A stretch of 64,000 bases of DNA. It comes from the human T2T-CHM13v2.0 reference genome, Homo sapiens. This document shows positions 29,691 to 42,528 of the stretch, in pieces. The translations under genes were made by a program, and so were the position numbers. The stretch lies in NCBI RefSeq assembly GCF_009914755.1, contig NC_060939.1; one strand, written 5' to 3'. The first letter of the stretch is position 1, and each line of letters opens with the position of its first letter. Under the pieces are notes generated by a model that saw nothing but the letters and a program-made list of their open reading frames with translations, did no database searches and had not been told where the DNA came from.

Positions 29691-29984
29691 ATATCATTTT
29701 ATTGTATGTAAAATAAAATTCATAACAAAAATAGGACAAAAAATGAGAAATTAGAAGAATATTGTGGTTTGATTCTCATAAAGTTATTTGAAGGTAAACG
29801 ATTATATTAAAGTCAGATATGGTAAATCTTAGGACAACCACTAGAGAAAAGGCAGTAGAGGAAGAAAAATAAAGTAAAAATTACTATATTAATCCAAAAG
29901 AAGGCAGAAAAGGGGTTGAAAGGGGAGAATGGATAATATGTTAGTAAGTACAACTGAAAAGATTAGGTAGATTAAAAGAAAACC

Positions 29985-31606
<1,622 letters not shown>

Positions 31607-31649
31607 AAAGGTGCTAGAAATTGTATATCATGTGTAAATTATTATAAAC

Positions 31650-32890
31650 ATTGACTGATACCCCACACCATACACAAAAATCAGCTCAAAATAAATTTAT
31701 CCCTAAATGTAAAACCTGAAACTATAAAACCTATCCTAGGAAATATGGAAGAAAATCTTTGTAATTCACTAGGCAAAGATTCTTAAATACAACACCAAAT
31801 GCATGAATAATGAAAGAACAAAATTGACAAATTATAGTTTATTAAGTTCAGACCTTTTGCTCTTCAAAGTACACTGCTATGAAAATGGAAAGGCAAATCA
31901 TAGGCTGGGGAAAATATATTTGCAAATACATATCTGGTAAAAGACATATTCTGTGTGTATTTAAAAAGCTCTTAAAACTCAATAAATGGAAAACAAAATC
32001 CCTAATGAAAATTGGACAAAAGATTTGAACTGAAACTTTACTGATGTTTTGTCTATACCAAAGAAGAGACAGGGATAGCACATATGCACATGAAAAGTTG
32101 CTCAAGATTATTATTAGTAATCAAAAAACAGATTAAATCCATGCTAAACTACCATTACACATGTATTGGAATGATTAAAACTAAAACAACAACAAAAACT
32201 CTGACAATAAATACTAAGTGTTGGCAAGGAGCTAAACAATGACACTCTCATAAATGTTTTATTTGTATTATCATCGTAATGCAATTTTCTTAGATACTGC
32301 CTTTTCCACCACCATTGCTGGTGAAAAAGGCAGTTCCTTAAAAAGTTAAACATGCCGGGCATGGTGGCTCATGTCTGTAATCCCAGCACTTTGGGAGGCC
32401 AAGGCAGGCGGATCACGAGGTCAGGAGTTCAAGACCAGCCTGACCAACATGGTGAAACCCTGTCTCTACTAAAAATACAAAAATTAGCGGGCTTGGTGGC
32501 ATGTGCCTGTAATCCCAGCTATTCGGCAGGAGAATCGCTTGAACCCAGGAGGCTGAGGTTGCGGTGAGCCGAGATCGCGCCACTGTACTCCAGCCTGGGG
32601 ACAGAAGGAGACTCTATCTCAAAAAAAAAAAAAAAAAAATTAAACACATGACCTCAATTCCACTCCTGGGAGAATGAATGCACATGTCCATATAGCTAAA
32701 TATATTTGAATGGTCTGGCAGATTTTATACTTACCAAATCTGGAAACATACCAGATATCCATTAATCAGTGAATGAAAAATTAATGGTAAATACATACCA
32801 GCAATAGTATACTATTAGGCAATAAAAAGGAAGCAATGACCAATACATGCAACAGTGATCACTCTCAAAAGCACTGTGGCAAGTGAAAAT
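31650..32890 (+). mobile_element. Old L1M ORF2 3' remnant (interrupted by Alu)
   Basis: cacaccatacacaaaaatcagctcaaaa, aaatgtaaaacctgaaactataaaac, aattggacaaaagatttgaac. Confidence 0.7.
32354..32639 (+). mobile_element. Alu (AluS-type)
   Basis: Alu dimer with small right-arm deletion and A-tail; ttaaaca on both flanks. Confidence 0.95.
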
Positions 32891-33335
32891 CGGACCAAAA
32901 AGGCGAAGTGGCAGCTGCAAAAATTCAACATTCCTATCTCTTTCAGGAGCTTCTGCTTCGGGGATCATAATCCACTGGCAGCCTCTGTGGGGCCCCTTTG
33001 GATCAGTCCTCACATTCATGCATGTTACTTGAGAAAAAAACTTAAATTTGCTTTGGAATAAATTAAACTACTGCATATTTGACATTCTGCATTTAGAAAT
33101 GGAAAAAAATATTCTGTAAGGAATGTAACTGTGACTATTTCTCTCTACTGAGAATAATTTGAACTTTTAGCCTCTTACTGAAGTTAATCACACTTGATCT
33201 CTTGAGAAAAAATGTTTTTAACATTAAACAATACTCCACTGAGATTTATCAAACTCTATTTTAATTGTAATTGATTTATACCAAAAGATAAAATGAGTTA
33301 ATTAGGGCATGCTATTAGAAATACTAGCAAGGGAA

Positions 33336-35357
33336 GAAAGCAGGGAGGTCGGAGGACTGGAGAGGTGGGGACCCTGGGGAGGTGGCGGCTCGGAGTCTAG
33401 GCGACGACGGGGCGAGATGGGGCCAGTAGGTGGTGGGAGGGGGCCGGGTGGGAGCCAGCGGGAGGGCCAGGCCCGGAGGCCCCCAACCTGGCGTGCCCGC
33501 CTGGGCCGAGGCTGAGGAGGAGGAGGAGGAGGAAAAGGAGGAGGAGGAGGAGGAGGAAAAGGAGGAGGAGGAGGAGGAGGGGGAGGAGGAGGAGCAGGAG
33601 GAGGAAGAGGAGGGGGATCTCCAGATACACTCGGGAAGGCGATGCCACAGAGCTTGGAGCTGAAAGGAATAACAAAACATGCTCTTAACCATCATCTCCC
33701 TCCCGAGAAGCTGGAGGAAATTTCCCCCACCAGTGACAGTCATGAGAAAGACATAAGTTCCCAAAGCGAGTCTGACATCACAAGAGAATCACCTTTTACA
33801 TCAGCCGATGCTGGGAATTCACTGTCTGCTTTTCCAAGTTATACAGGCGCAGGGATATCTACTGAAGGCAACTCAGACTTCTCCTGGGAATATGGTGAAC
33901 TCGATCAAAATGCCACTGAAAAAGCCTAGGCAATGTTCACAGCCATTGATGAACCCTTGTATGAGCAGAAGTTGAGTGTGCATACCAAGAGTCTACAAGA
34001 AGAGCGCCAACAGTGGACAGCTAGCTTTCCTCACCTCAGGATTCTAGGTAGGCAGATAATCATTCCAAGTGAAGGTTATAGATTGTATCCTAGATCCCCT
34101 TCTGCTGTTTCAGCTTCATATGAAACAACCTTGTCTCAAGAAAGAGATTCTACTATATTTGGTATAAGGGGAAAGAAGTTACATTTTTCATCTTCGTATG
34201 CTCATAAAGCATCTTCTATTGCCAAATCCTCCAGCTTTTCTTTTATGGAAAGAGACGAGGAAGACTCTATAATCATCTCCGAAGGAATAATTGAGGAATA
34301 CCTAGCATTCGATTGCACAGATATGGAAGAGGGATTTCATGGGAAGAAATCAGAAGCAGCTACAGAGAAACAGAAATTAGGGTATCCTCCCATTGCTCCA
34401 TTTTACTGCATGAAAGAAGATGTCCTTGTTTATGTGTTTGACAATGTATGGAGCAAGGTTGTGAGCTGTATGGAGCAGTTGACACGTAGTCACTGGGAAG
34501 GATTTGCCCACCATGATGAGAGTAATGTTGCAGTTACCAGACCCGTTTCAGAAAGTTTCTGTGTGCTGAGTGAGCCACATCCTTTGGTGTTACCACGAGT
34601 GCCACAGTCTAAGGTGCTGTCCGTTACCTCAAATCCAATGAGTCTCTGTCAAGCAAGTAGTCATCAGCCAAATGTTAATGGTCTCTTGGTTTATGGGATG
34701 CCTCTACAGCCAAGAAATCTCTCCCTAATGGACAAGCTCCTAGATCTTGATGACAAGCTACTTATGAGGCCTGGGTCCAGTACCATCCTTTCAACTCGAA
34801 ATTGGCCAAATCGAGCTGTGGAGTTTTTAGTACATCATCTCTGTCATACACAGTGCAGTCCACCAAGAGACGCAATCCATCGCCACGAACCCTTCATCCG
34901 ATCAGCACAAGCCATTCACGTGCTGGAATACCAAGACTTGTGGAAGAAATCCTCAGAGGAGCCCGAGTCCCAGCGGCAGCCAACTGGCTCTCCTCTCCCT
35001 CACCAATGTCCCTGAGTCGAAATAATCTGCTACCACCTACTAGCACAGCTGAAGTGGAACTTGTGAGCACTGTGGGGCCACAAAGACAGACGGAGCCCCG
35101 TGGCGACTCCAGTCGAGCTCCAAGTGTGGTGGTGGATGAACTTAACTATCAGCAGCCACAAGAAAGGCTCCTTTTGCCCGACTTTTTCTCCAGGCCCAAC
35201 ACAACTCAATCATTTTTGGTAGAGTGACATACTTCCTAGAATGAGCTCGATGGTTGGGGAAAGAAAAGGTGGGGGGAATAGTAGTTTGGCAGACTTAAGA
35301 CTTTATCTAGAGGATTAACTCAGAATAAAAGTTGAGTTTCTAACAATAAAAAAAAAG
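33336..35357 (+). pseudogene. FAM149B1P1: Processed pseudogene of FAM149B1
   Basis: Intronless translation matches recalled FAM149B1 (PQSLELKGITKHALNHH..., [40 protein letters not shown]...). Lesions: start codon lost (~33614), +1 G at ~33633, TAG at 33927-33929, +2 T frameshift at ~34824. GC-rich 5' UTR, A-tail, exact 14-bp TSD tactagcaagggaa at 33322-33335 and 35358-35371. Confidence 0.93.
33508..33613 (+). repeat. (GAG)n purine-rich trinucleotide repeat in the retrocopy 5' UTR
   Basis: Direct reading; the internal unit gaggaggaggaggaggaaaaggag occurs twice. Confidence 0.95.
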
Positions 35358-36099
35358 TACTAGCAAGGGAATACAGTTGGTACAACTAGCAATGAGCGGG
35401 TATGAAATGAAAGATTATCTTAAAATTTGGAACAAAATAAATTTTAAATTGTATATTTTTGTTTTAAAAACTACTTAAAAAAATATCTAGGCCTATAAGG
35501 ATTAAAATTTTATTCTTGTACAAAATACTTTTCATATCCAGAGCATATCATTTTCTATTAAAAAATACACCAAGTACCACCTGTACTTTGGTCAATGACA
35601 ACCATGTATTCATTTGACACAGGGAATTCCACCTTGGTTTGAGCCATATCTCTGCACATAGGAGAAACTACTTATTTACAATTGCTGCTCAACTGCTACA
35701 GCAGCAGGAAGGGTGCCTCGGTGTCTTGTTATCCTTATTTCTCTAGGTTTTCACTCTTCCTTAATTGTTTCCCAGGTACCCATTTTTATTTCTAGGGAAC
35801 CGGGCATTGCCAGGAAGGGCAAAGCCTAGGACCCATAGTTTTAGGACTGAAGTAAGAAAGGACTTCATGGAGGCAGAGTCATTTCAGTATAGCAATCCGG
35901 ACAACACCATTTCTTGCTTTTCCCTCACAGGCATAATAAACACCCTGAGATAAGTGAAAAATAATTAGAAATAGCAGCAAAGAGATGATGGTGAAGAGGA
36001 ACTATTTAAGAAATAATGAACAAGATTTAATAAGTGACACTGATATCAGATTGAACATATATCCATATCTAGATATGTTGAGTGAAACCTAATGGCTTC

Positions 36100-36358
36100 A
36101 AAGACATCCATGTTCCTTCAAAGGACATGATCTCGTTCTTTTTAATGGTTGCATAGTATTCCATGATGTATATTTTCTTTATCCAGTCTACCACTGATGG
36201 ACATTTAGATTGATTCCATGTCTTTGCTGTTGAACATACACCTACCATGTGTCTTTAATGTAGAACAATTTATATTTCTTTGGGTATATACCCAGTAATG
36301 GGATTGTTGGGTCAAATGTTAGTTCTGTTTTTAGCTCTTTGAGGAGTTCCCACACTGC
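36100..36358 (-). mobile_element. L1 (L1PA/PB) 3' fragment
   Basis: catccatgttcct..aaaggacatgatctcgttctttt, gggtatatacccagtaatgggattgttgggtcaaatg. Confidence 0.85.
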
Positions 36359-36867
36359 GAAAAGCAGTTTTATTTATCTCAAGAAAACATAGTCATTGAA
36401 TATTCTTAATAGATTACATGATTTTGTACTTGTCAATTTTTGTTTTCTTTAGAAGGAGCATGCATCCCCATGTGGATAAATGCCACCTGAGCCATAGCTT
36501 TAGCATTTTGTATCCTTGAACCTCCTTCTTAACCTAAAGATACATAACCTGAAAAGGCCTAGCAAATGAAAATCCTTTAATTCTTGACATAGATGAAGCT
36601 CAGCACATTGTTTGTGAGGACCTAAGGTATAAAAAAAAAAAAATCATTAATTCAAACTTAGTCTTGAGTGGGAGATGCCTCCATGATTACTTACTAAAAT
36701 GTCTTCTGTCTTTAAGGATACTTTTAAGAAAAAGAAAAATAGGAAAACTGCAAATATTGATATTGCAATAAAGGGAAGAAAATTATAGCTACTGCCTGGT
36801 AAAAGGAAGCTTGTTTATACAGGATTTCAAAAACTTTAGATCTATTATCTACATAAAAAGAAGAGTC

Positions 36868-37150
36868 GTCCGGGCGTGGTGCCTCACGCCTGTAATCCCA
36901 GCACTTTGGGAGGCTGAGGCAGGCAGATCACGAGGTCAGGAGATAGAGACCATTCTGGCTAACACGGTGAAACCCCGTCTCTACTAAAAAATGCAAACAA
37001 TTAGCCTGGCGTGGTGGCGGGTGCCTGTAGTCCCAGCTACTCAGGAGGCTGAGGCAGGAGAATGGTGTGAACTGGGGAGGCGGAGCTTGCCACTGCATTC
37101 CAGCCTGGGTGACAGAGCGAGACTCCGTCTCAAAAAAAAAAAAAAAAAAA
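36868..37150 (+). mobile_element. Alu (AluY/Sc-type) with ~18-bp right-arm deletion
   Basis: gaccattctggctaacacggtgaaaccccg and ggagaatggtgtgaac diagnostics; aaaaagaagagt on both flanks. Confidence 0.93.
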
Positions 37151-40100
37151 AGAAGAGTTAACCATATCAATTCAGTGATCTCCAATATGAAATGTAAACC
37201 TTTACAGTTTTCATCAAAAGAAGAAATTTCATTATTAGCTTGCATATTCCTGTACTTAAGGAATAACAAGAGATTTCCAGCAAACCATTTCTTATTTGTT
37301 AAGAATCATTGGCTCTCTTATGTTTTGTGGGTTTTATTAAAATTTTCTATTTTGCTGCTAATTATGTTTTCACCTTGTTTGGGACTAACATATGTAAACC
37401 TGACCCTTGTATTTAGAAACACACAAAGCATGGAAATGGGGATGGCAATGTAGTGTTTCTGATTAACAAAGGCACAACCTGACCTTACAACTTAGCACTC
37501 ATCCAGTTCTATGGTAAATACAACCATATTACACAGTGTGCCTCAATCTGCAGGAATCTTAGGTCATGACCATTCTAGAAGTCTTTGGATCACCAGTTGT
37601 GCCCTCAACAGTGTTTTGTTTCCACCTGAACATCCCAAGTGAAGTCATTATTGGTGATCGTATTTATGGTTCTCCTGAGTTTCATGATAACAATTTGAAA
37701 ATGTCAACATCTGAGTTTTATGAGATTAAACTGTGCATGATCCTCTATTTGTCTTATTAATCTTGACTAAGATTTGCTACAAAAAGATGAAATTTAGCAT
37801 CCTTGCCAAATTTTGTGGGCTCAGTTTTCTGAGCCCACAAAATTTACATCATCAGTTTATCCTGCTGTGGACTTAGCTAGTAACACTGTTTCAACTTCTG
37901 CTTTTCTAAAAAAAAAACCAGAGTAGAATGAAAGAGAAGAGGGGAAATTAATAGTTGATCATCCCTAATATTTTCAAATGTGTTCGTATTACTTTAATTT
38001 TAGCTGAAAAGGTAGCACTCTCCCTATTTGACAGAAGATAAAATGCAAGTCCCTAAAGCCAAACATTCTCAGCATCAGCCGTGAAAAGATAAGAGTTGAG
38101 ATTTGATCTAGTTCTGAGTTTCCAAACCCTGGTGATACCATTGCCCCATTCTGAAAAGAAGAGATAAAGGAAAACAGTTTTTTATGTTCTTAATTTTTTT
38201 ATTTTAAAGAATAAAATACACACTGTCAGGCTCCACTTTATACAATTCACCCTTCTCTCTCCTGCTGATGAAAGAATCCACTACTTCAGGGAGAGCAGTG
38301 TAATCGGTCCAGGTGCTAGAATGTCATTATGCTGCCATACTCTCAGGAAGGGCACTTCTGTCCTAATGGGACGTTAGGACAAGGCACTGAGGTTTGATCC
38401 CAGAACTGCAGAGAACTCCAGAAGTTTCACTTGTTGAAAATACTTTTCATAATAGCATTGAGCAATTCGTAATCATATAACATGCCTGACATGATTGCAA
38501 ATTTGTTGACAGATTATCAGAAAGAGTACTATGTTTTTTATTCGGCTCTTGATTCATAAGTTCTTTTACACTTGGAAAAATAGAGGGCTGGAATCTCATA
38601 TAGCTTCCTGCATTTCTGACATTATATCAGACCCACATATTTGTGCAGCCCAGGTGTGCTAGGAAGTGGTAGACAACTACATTGGTCTTGGAAATGACTA
38701 ACATATTAATTATAGATGAATTAATCTAATATACAGTCAAGATGATGTGTATCAGACACTTGACTGGTTATTTAAACACATTTTTCTCTTTAAAATACAA
38801 AACATACATATTTCTCACAGGACATAGAAAATGTTTTCTGTGGTATAAATTTTAAATTCTTATAAAGCATTTACAACAATGTTTGACCCATACTTAAAAC
38901 AACAATAACAGCTATTATTTATCAAATGCTTAATATGTTCCGGGTACTTCATGTATATTATCTCACTCCACGAGGTGTGTATCACCATATCCATTTTACT
39001 GACGACACAATTTTTTTTGTGGTTAATTAAGTAAGTGGCAGAGCTGGGAGTTTTCATTTATTCAACAAATATTTTTGAATGCCTAGCACTAGGCATATGA
39101 GTATCTGAACAATATGATGTGTTATATTCTTGTGTAAAGTATTGTATCTATGAATTATATGCATTTTACGATGTGTCAAAATGTTTTATCCTGATATATG
39201 CATTGGGAGCAAGAAAATGTTGGTTTGGATTCAAGTACTTTATTCAAACAAACTGGGAGGCTCATTTTATTCCCAAATCACTGGATTTTAGTTTACAGGA
39301 CTCCTCTGCCTCCATTCTCTCCCTATGCTCCTTACCAGAAGTGACCTCTCTCTGGGACACCCACCAACTTCCTGTCATTACTTTAGGATTGGCTCTTGGC
39401 CTCTCTTCTTCATTATTCCAAATCCAAGCCATTTGCCAACATTTTGGTCTTAGAGCCTCAACTTCCTCAGCACAGTAACTTGCAACAGCACTCCATTTCA
39501 TATGGGCCTGGTTATATACAATTTTGCTAAGCTTCCAAGAGTTTTTCCAACTTCCAAATCTTAAATCCAGAGCTTTGTCTTCTGGTGACATCTTTATGTG
39601 TTACTTTTCCTATTGTCTTCTGTCAACTGAGCCTACTCTTATTCCCCCAGATACAGATAGGTTTATCTTGGAATGCTTATTTCTGAAGTCTAGGGTAATT
39701 AAAACAGGATATGATGTCTATTTTCAAAATGGTCTCACAGCAAGTAAGTAACAGAACTAAAATTTTCCATCAGTTTCTATCTGTCAGGTCAATTATTCCC
39801 AGCCTCAGTTTCTTTAGAAAATAAAGGGATTGGATTTGATCATCTCCAAGGCCTTTCTCATCTTTAATATCCTGTAAAAAGAAAGTCTGATTATCTTTCT
39901 GCCGTACCTGGCAAGCGTAGGTAGCCAATTAGGAAGCAAGGATAAAGGTACCTAAAATGTCTACTTTCTTTTCCTTTTTATGTAATGAATGGCTGTGGCC
40001 AGGACCCTCTTGTTTCTGGGATAAGTCTCTTATTTGAACAGAACATTTAACACAGAAGATTTTCAAAGTATGTGGGTTTTGTGTCTATCAAAAAAGAAAA

Positions 40101-41084
40101 CACGCACTCCAACCAGTGAATCCACCATTCAATGAGGCAGAGAACTGCCCTCTGGAAAGCAACCAGCATCTCAAGGGAGTATTTTAAGCACATCCCAGTG
40201 TTCATTCTAAACGTGTATTACCTTCACTGTAGAAGAGTTTGGGGTTTATAAGTGAGGAAATACCATTTTATATGCAGAGAGGATCACACAACTGTGGCAG
40301 AATAGAAATTACTTTTTCAAATTTTCTAAAGTAAAACCTCGAAAGAAATATCTATTTCTATACAACCTTATTGTCATTTTCTCTAAAGTCACTCATCTAG
40401 TTATTTTAAATTGGTTCTGAAACACAATCATACATTCAAAAACCTAGTAACAGGCTCTCTTGAATGCACTAGAGCAGTAAATATTAGTTTCGATTAAACA
40501 TTAATCCAAAGGATATTATTTCACTCTCTTAAGCCTCATTGAGGTTCATTATTAGAAAACACGCCTTCAATATCTCATTTTACATTCTCACTCTAAAACT
40601 GTATCATGAATGTAAATTTATTTTATGATCCATTCTTAATCAGTTCAAGAGTTTATACTCATAAATTGGTTAAAATATTTTAAAATTGCATTTGTTCTAA
40701 TTGCTTCAATAGAACAGAAAATATAAATTTAATATTTTTGGTATTTTTCTCACCATAAATTAAGCTTTTATAACTTTTAGCAGTTTTGTGGGATAGAATT
40801 AACCAAGATTTTTCTTTAAGATTTCTTCAATTGCTTCATGCATGGAAAAGACTCTCCCAAGCTGTGGTTATATAGATACATATTATTGTATTCTATTATT
40901 TTAAAAAACGTTTAACACTCCTTAAATAATCCATCCAATTTAATATATGGAAGTTTTCTGAAAAATTATTCTGGTTAATGGACTTTCTACCACAACATGA
41001 ATGCAAACATTATAAGCAGCAACTTTTGCTATTTCAGACGTTTATATAGACATCTATTGTTGACCTAGGTCTTCATTGATCTAC

Positions 41085-41371
41085 CTGTATGATTGACATA
41101 CTGCTGTCAATGGAATGTCTGCAAAGATTATTGAAATATGCAAATAACCGGCCAATGAAAAAAAATAGGGGAGAGAGGGTGCATCCCTGCAGCCCCGCAC
41201 GACGGGCCCGCCGCCTTTGGTGACCCCCGCCCCCCTCCGGCCTCAGGGTGGGTGGCGGCCAGCGCGCCAAGACCCTCGGGAGCCCCGCCCAGAGCCTGCT
41301 CCGCTCTCAGGCCGCCCAGGCTAGCCAGCCGCCAGCCGCGCTCGCCCATGGAGATCCTAGACGAGTTCGAC
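41085..41371 (+). promoter_or_regulatory. Small CpG island with promoter-like motif cluster
   Basis: TGATTGACA 41090-41098, octamer ATGCAAAT 41138-41145, TAACCG 41145-41150, CCAAT 41152-41156, GC boxes (ccccgccc) and dense CpG at 41190-41370 within otherwise AT-rich DNA. Confidence 0.6.
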
Positions 41372-41535
41372 AGGGGGAAGCTCCAAGAATCCTTCCCAAA
41401 GACACCTGGAGAGGGCTGAAAGGTGGGAGAGAGGCTCAAAAACACGTGCCCTGTTGCCCGTACGGGCTTGGGACTGGCCAAGGACAGGGGCCAGTTGTCA
41501 GGCACTACTCATAAACTAGGGATGAGCTTTGCCCC
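41372..41535 (+). repeat. Local duplication A (copy of 56577-56740)
   Basis: 164-bp ungapped alignment, 11 mismatches counted by eye (~93%). Confidence 0.95.
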
Positions 41536-41676
41536 TGGTGCAGGGACACGCACACAAGTGTGTGGTTTAAGCATGTATGTGCCAGTGTGCTGGATGCAAT
41601 GCATTCTACACAACCGTGGCCACAATGTTGCTACCTCTGTTGCCTCCCCTGCTGGAGATTCTTCACACTGGTGATG
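41534..41676 (+). repeat. Local duplication B (copy of 62867-63008)
   Basis: ~143-bp alignment, about 11 mismatches and 1 indel by eye (~92%). Confidence 0.95.
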
Positions 41677-42344
41677 CCAAAGTGCCTTGCTTGATTCCCC
41701 TTCTCGAGTTTGGAGTCCCAGCGAAGCTGCTGACCAAGATATCTCTAGGCTTTCACGCGGCCTGAGGACAGCCTGAGTGCGGTCTCTGGGAGTCTAGCCC
41801 AGTGACTGCAAACTCTCAGTTGGGTGATTCAGTGCAGTGTTAATTGAGGCCAAGGCAAACACCTGTGGTTAAGATGCGCAAAGGCTGTTTTACTCTTTGA
41901 CACTGCCCAGACCCGTTTCTAAAAATCAGAGGCATAAGAGACACAAAGCCTCATTTTCTCTCTCACAATATATGTGTGATGGTTGAAGTCATACAAAGCT
42001 GCCAGCCTTGGACTCACATTCAGACTCCCTGGGCTTGGCAGGAGAAGTCCTCAGTTCTGGATATTTTCTATGGTCCAGGCCCTTGGCTGTGTGCTGCAGA
42101 GAGATACTCATCAGACACAGAAACTACACTCGAGGAGTTTTCTTGCAATATATGGAGTAAGGGTTTCAGCAACTCTGGAGACCCCCTCTAACATGTTCCT
42201 TTAGGACAGAAAATAATCAGACTTTCAAACTAGGAAACACTGACTCCCATAAAATTCATTCATTCTGCACTATTTAAGACACTGTTCAACATTAATTGAA
42301 GATGGGATGATGATTTTCTTTGTGTCATCCCATAAAGTCTAATC

Positions 42345-42528
42345 TTTTTTGTTTGTTTGTTTTTGAGATTCCTGTCTTGCTCTGTTGCTCAGGCTGGAGT
42401 ACAGTATCACCATCATACCTCACTGCAGCCTTGAACTCACACACTCAAGCGATCCTCCTGCCTCAGCCTCCCAAACAGCTGGGACTTCAAGTATGTGCCA
42501 CTATACCCAGCTTTATCTTCTGTATTTT
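42345..42528 (-). mobile_element. Alu monomer/partial (AluJ or FLAM/FRAM-type)
   Basis: tcttgctctgttgctcaggctggagtacagt..cactgcagccttgaactc..ctcaagcgatcctcctgcctcagcctccc. Confidence 0.85.

Noticed and set aside
33324-33764. Poly-Glu, poly-Ser and poly-Leu ORFs on both strands
   Set aside because: By-products of the (GAG)n tract in the pseudogene 5' UTR.
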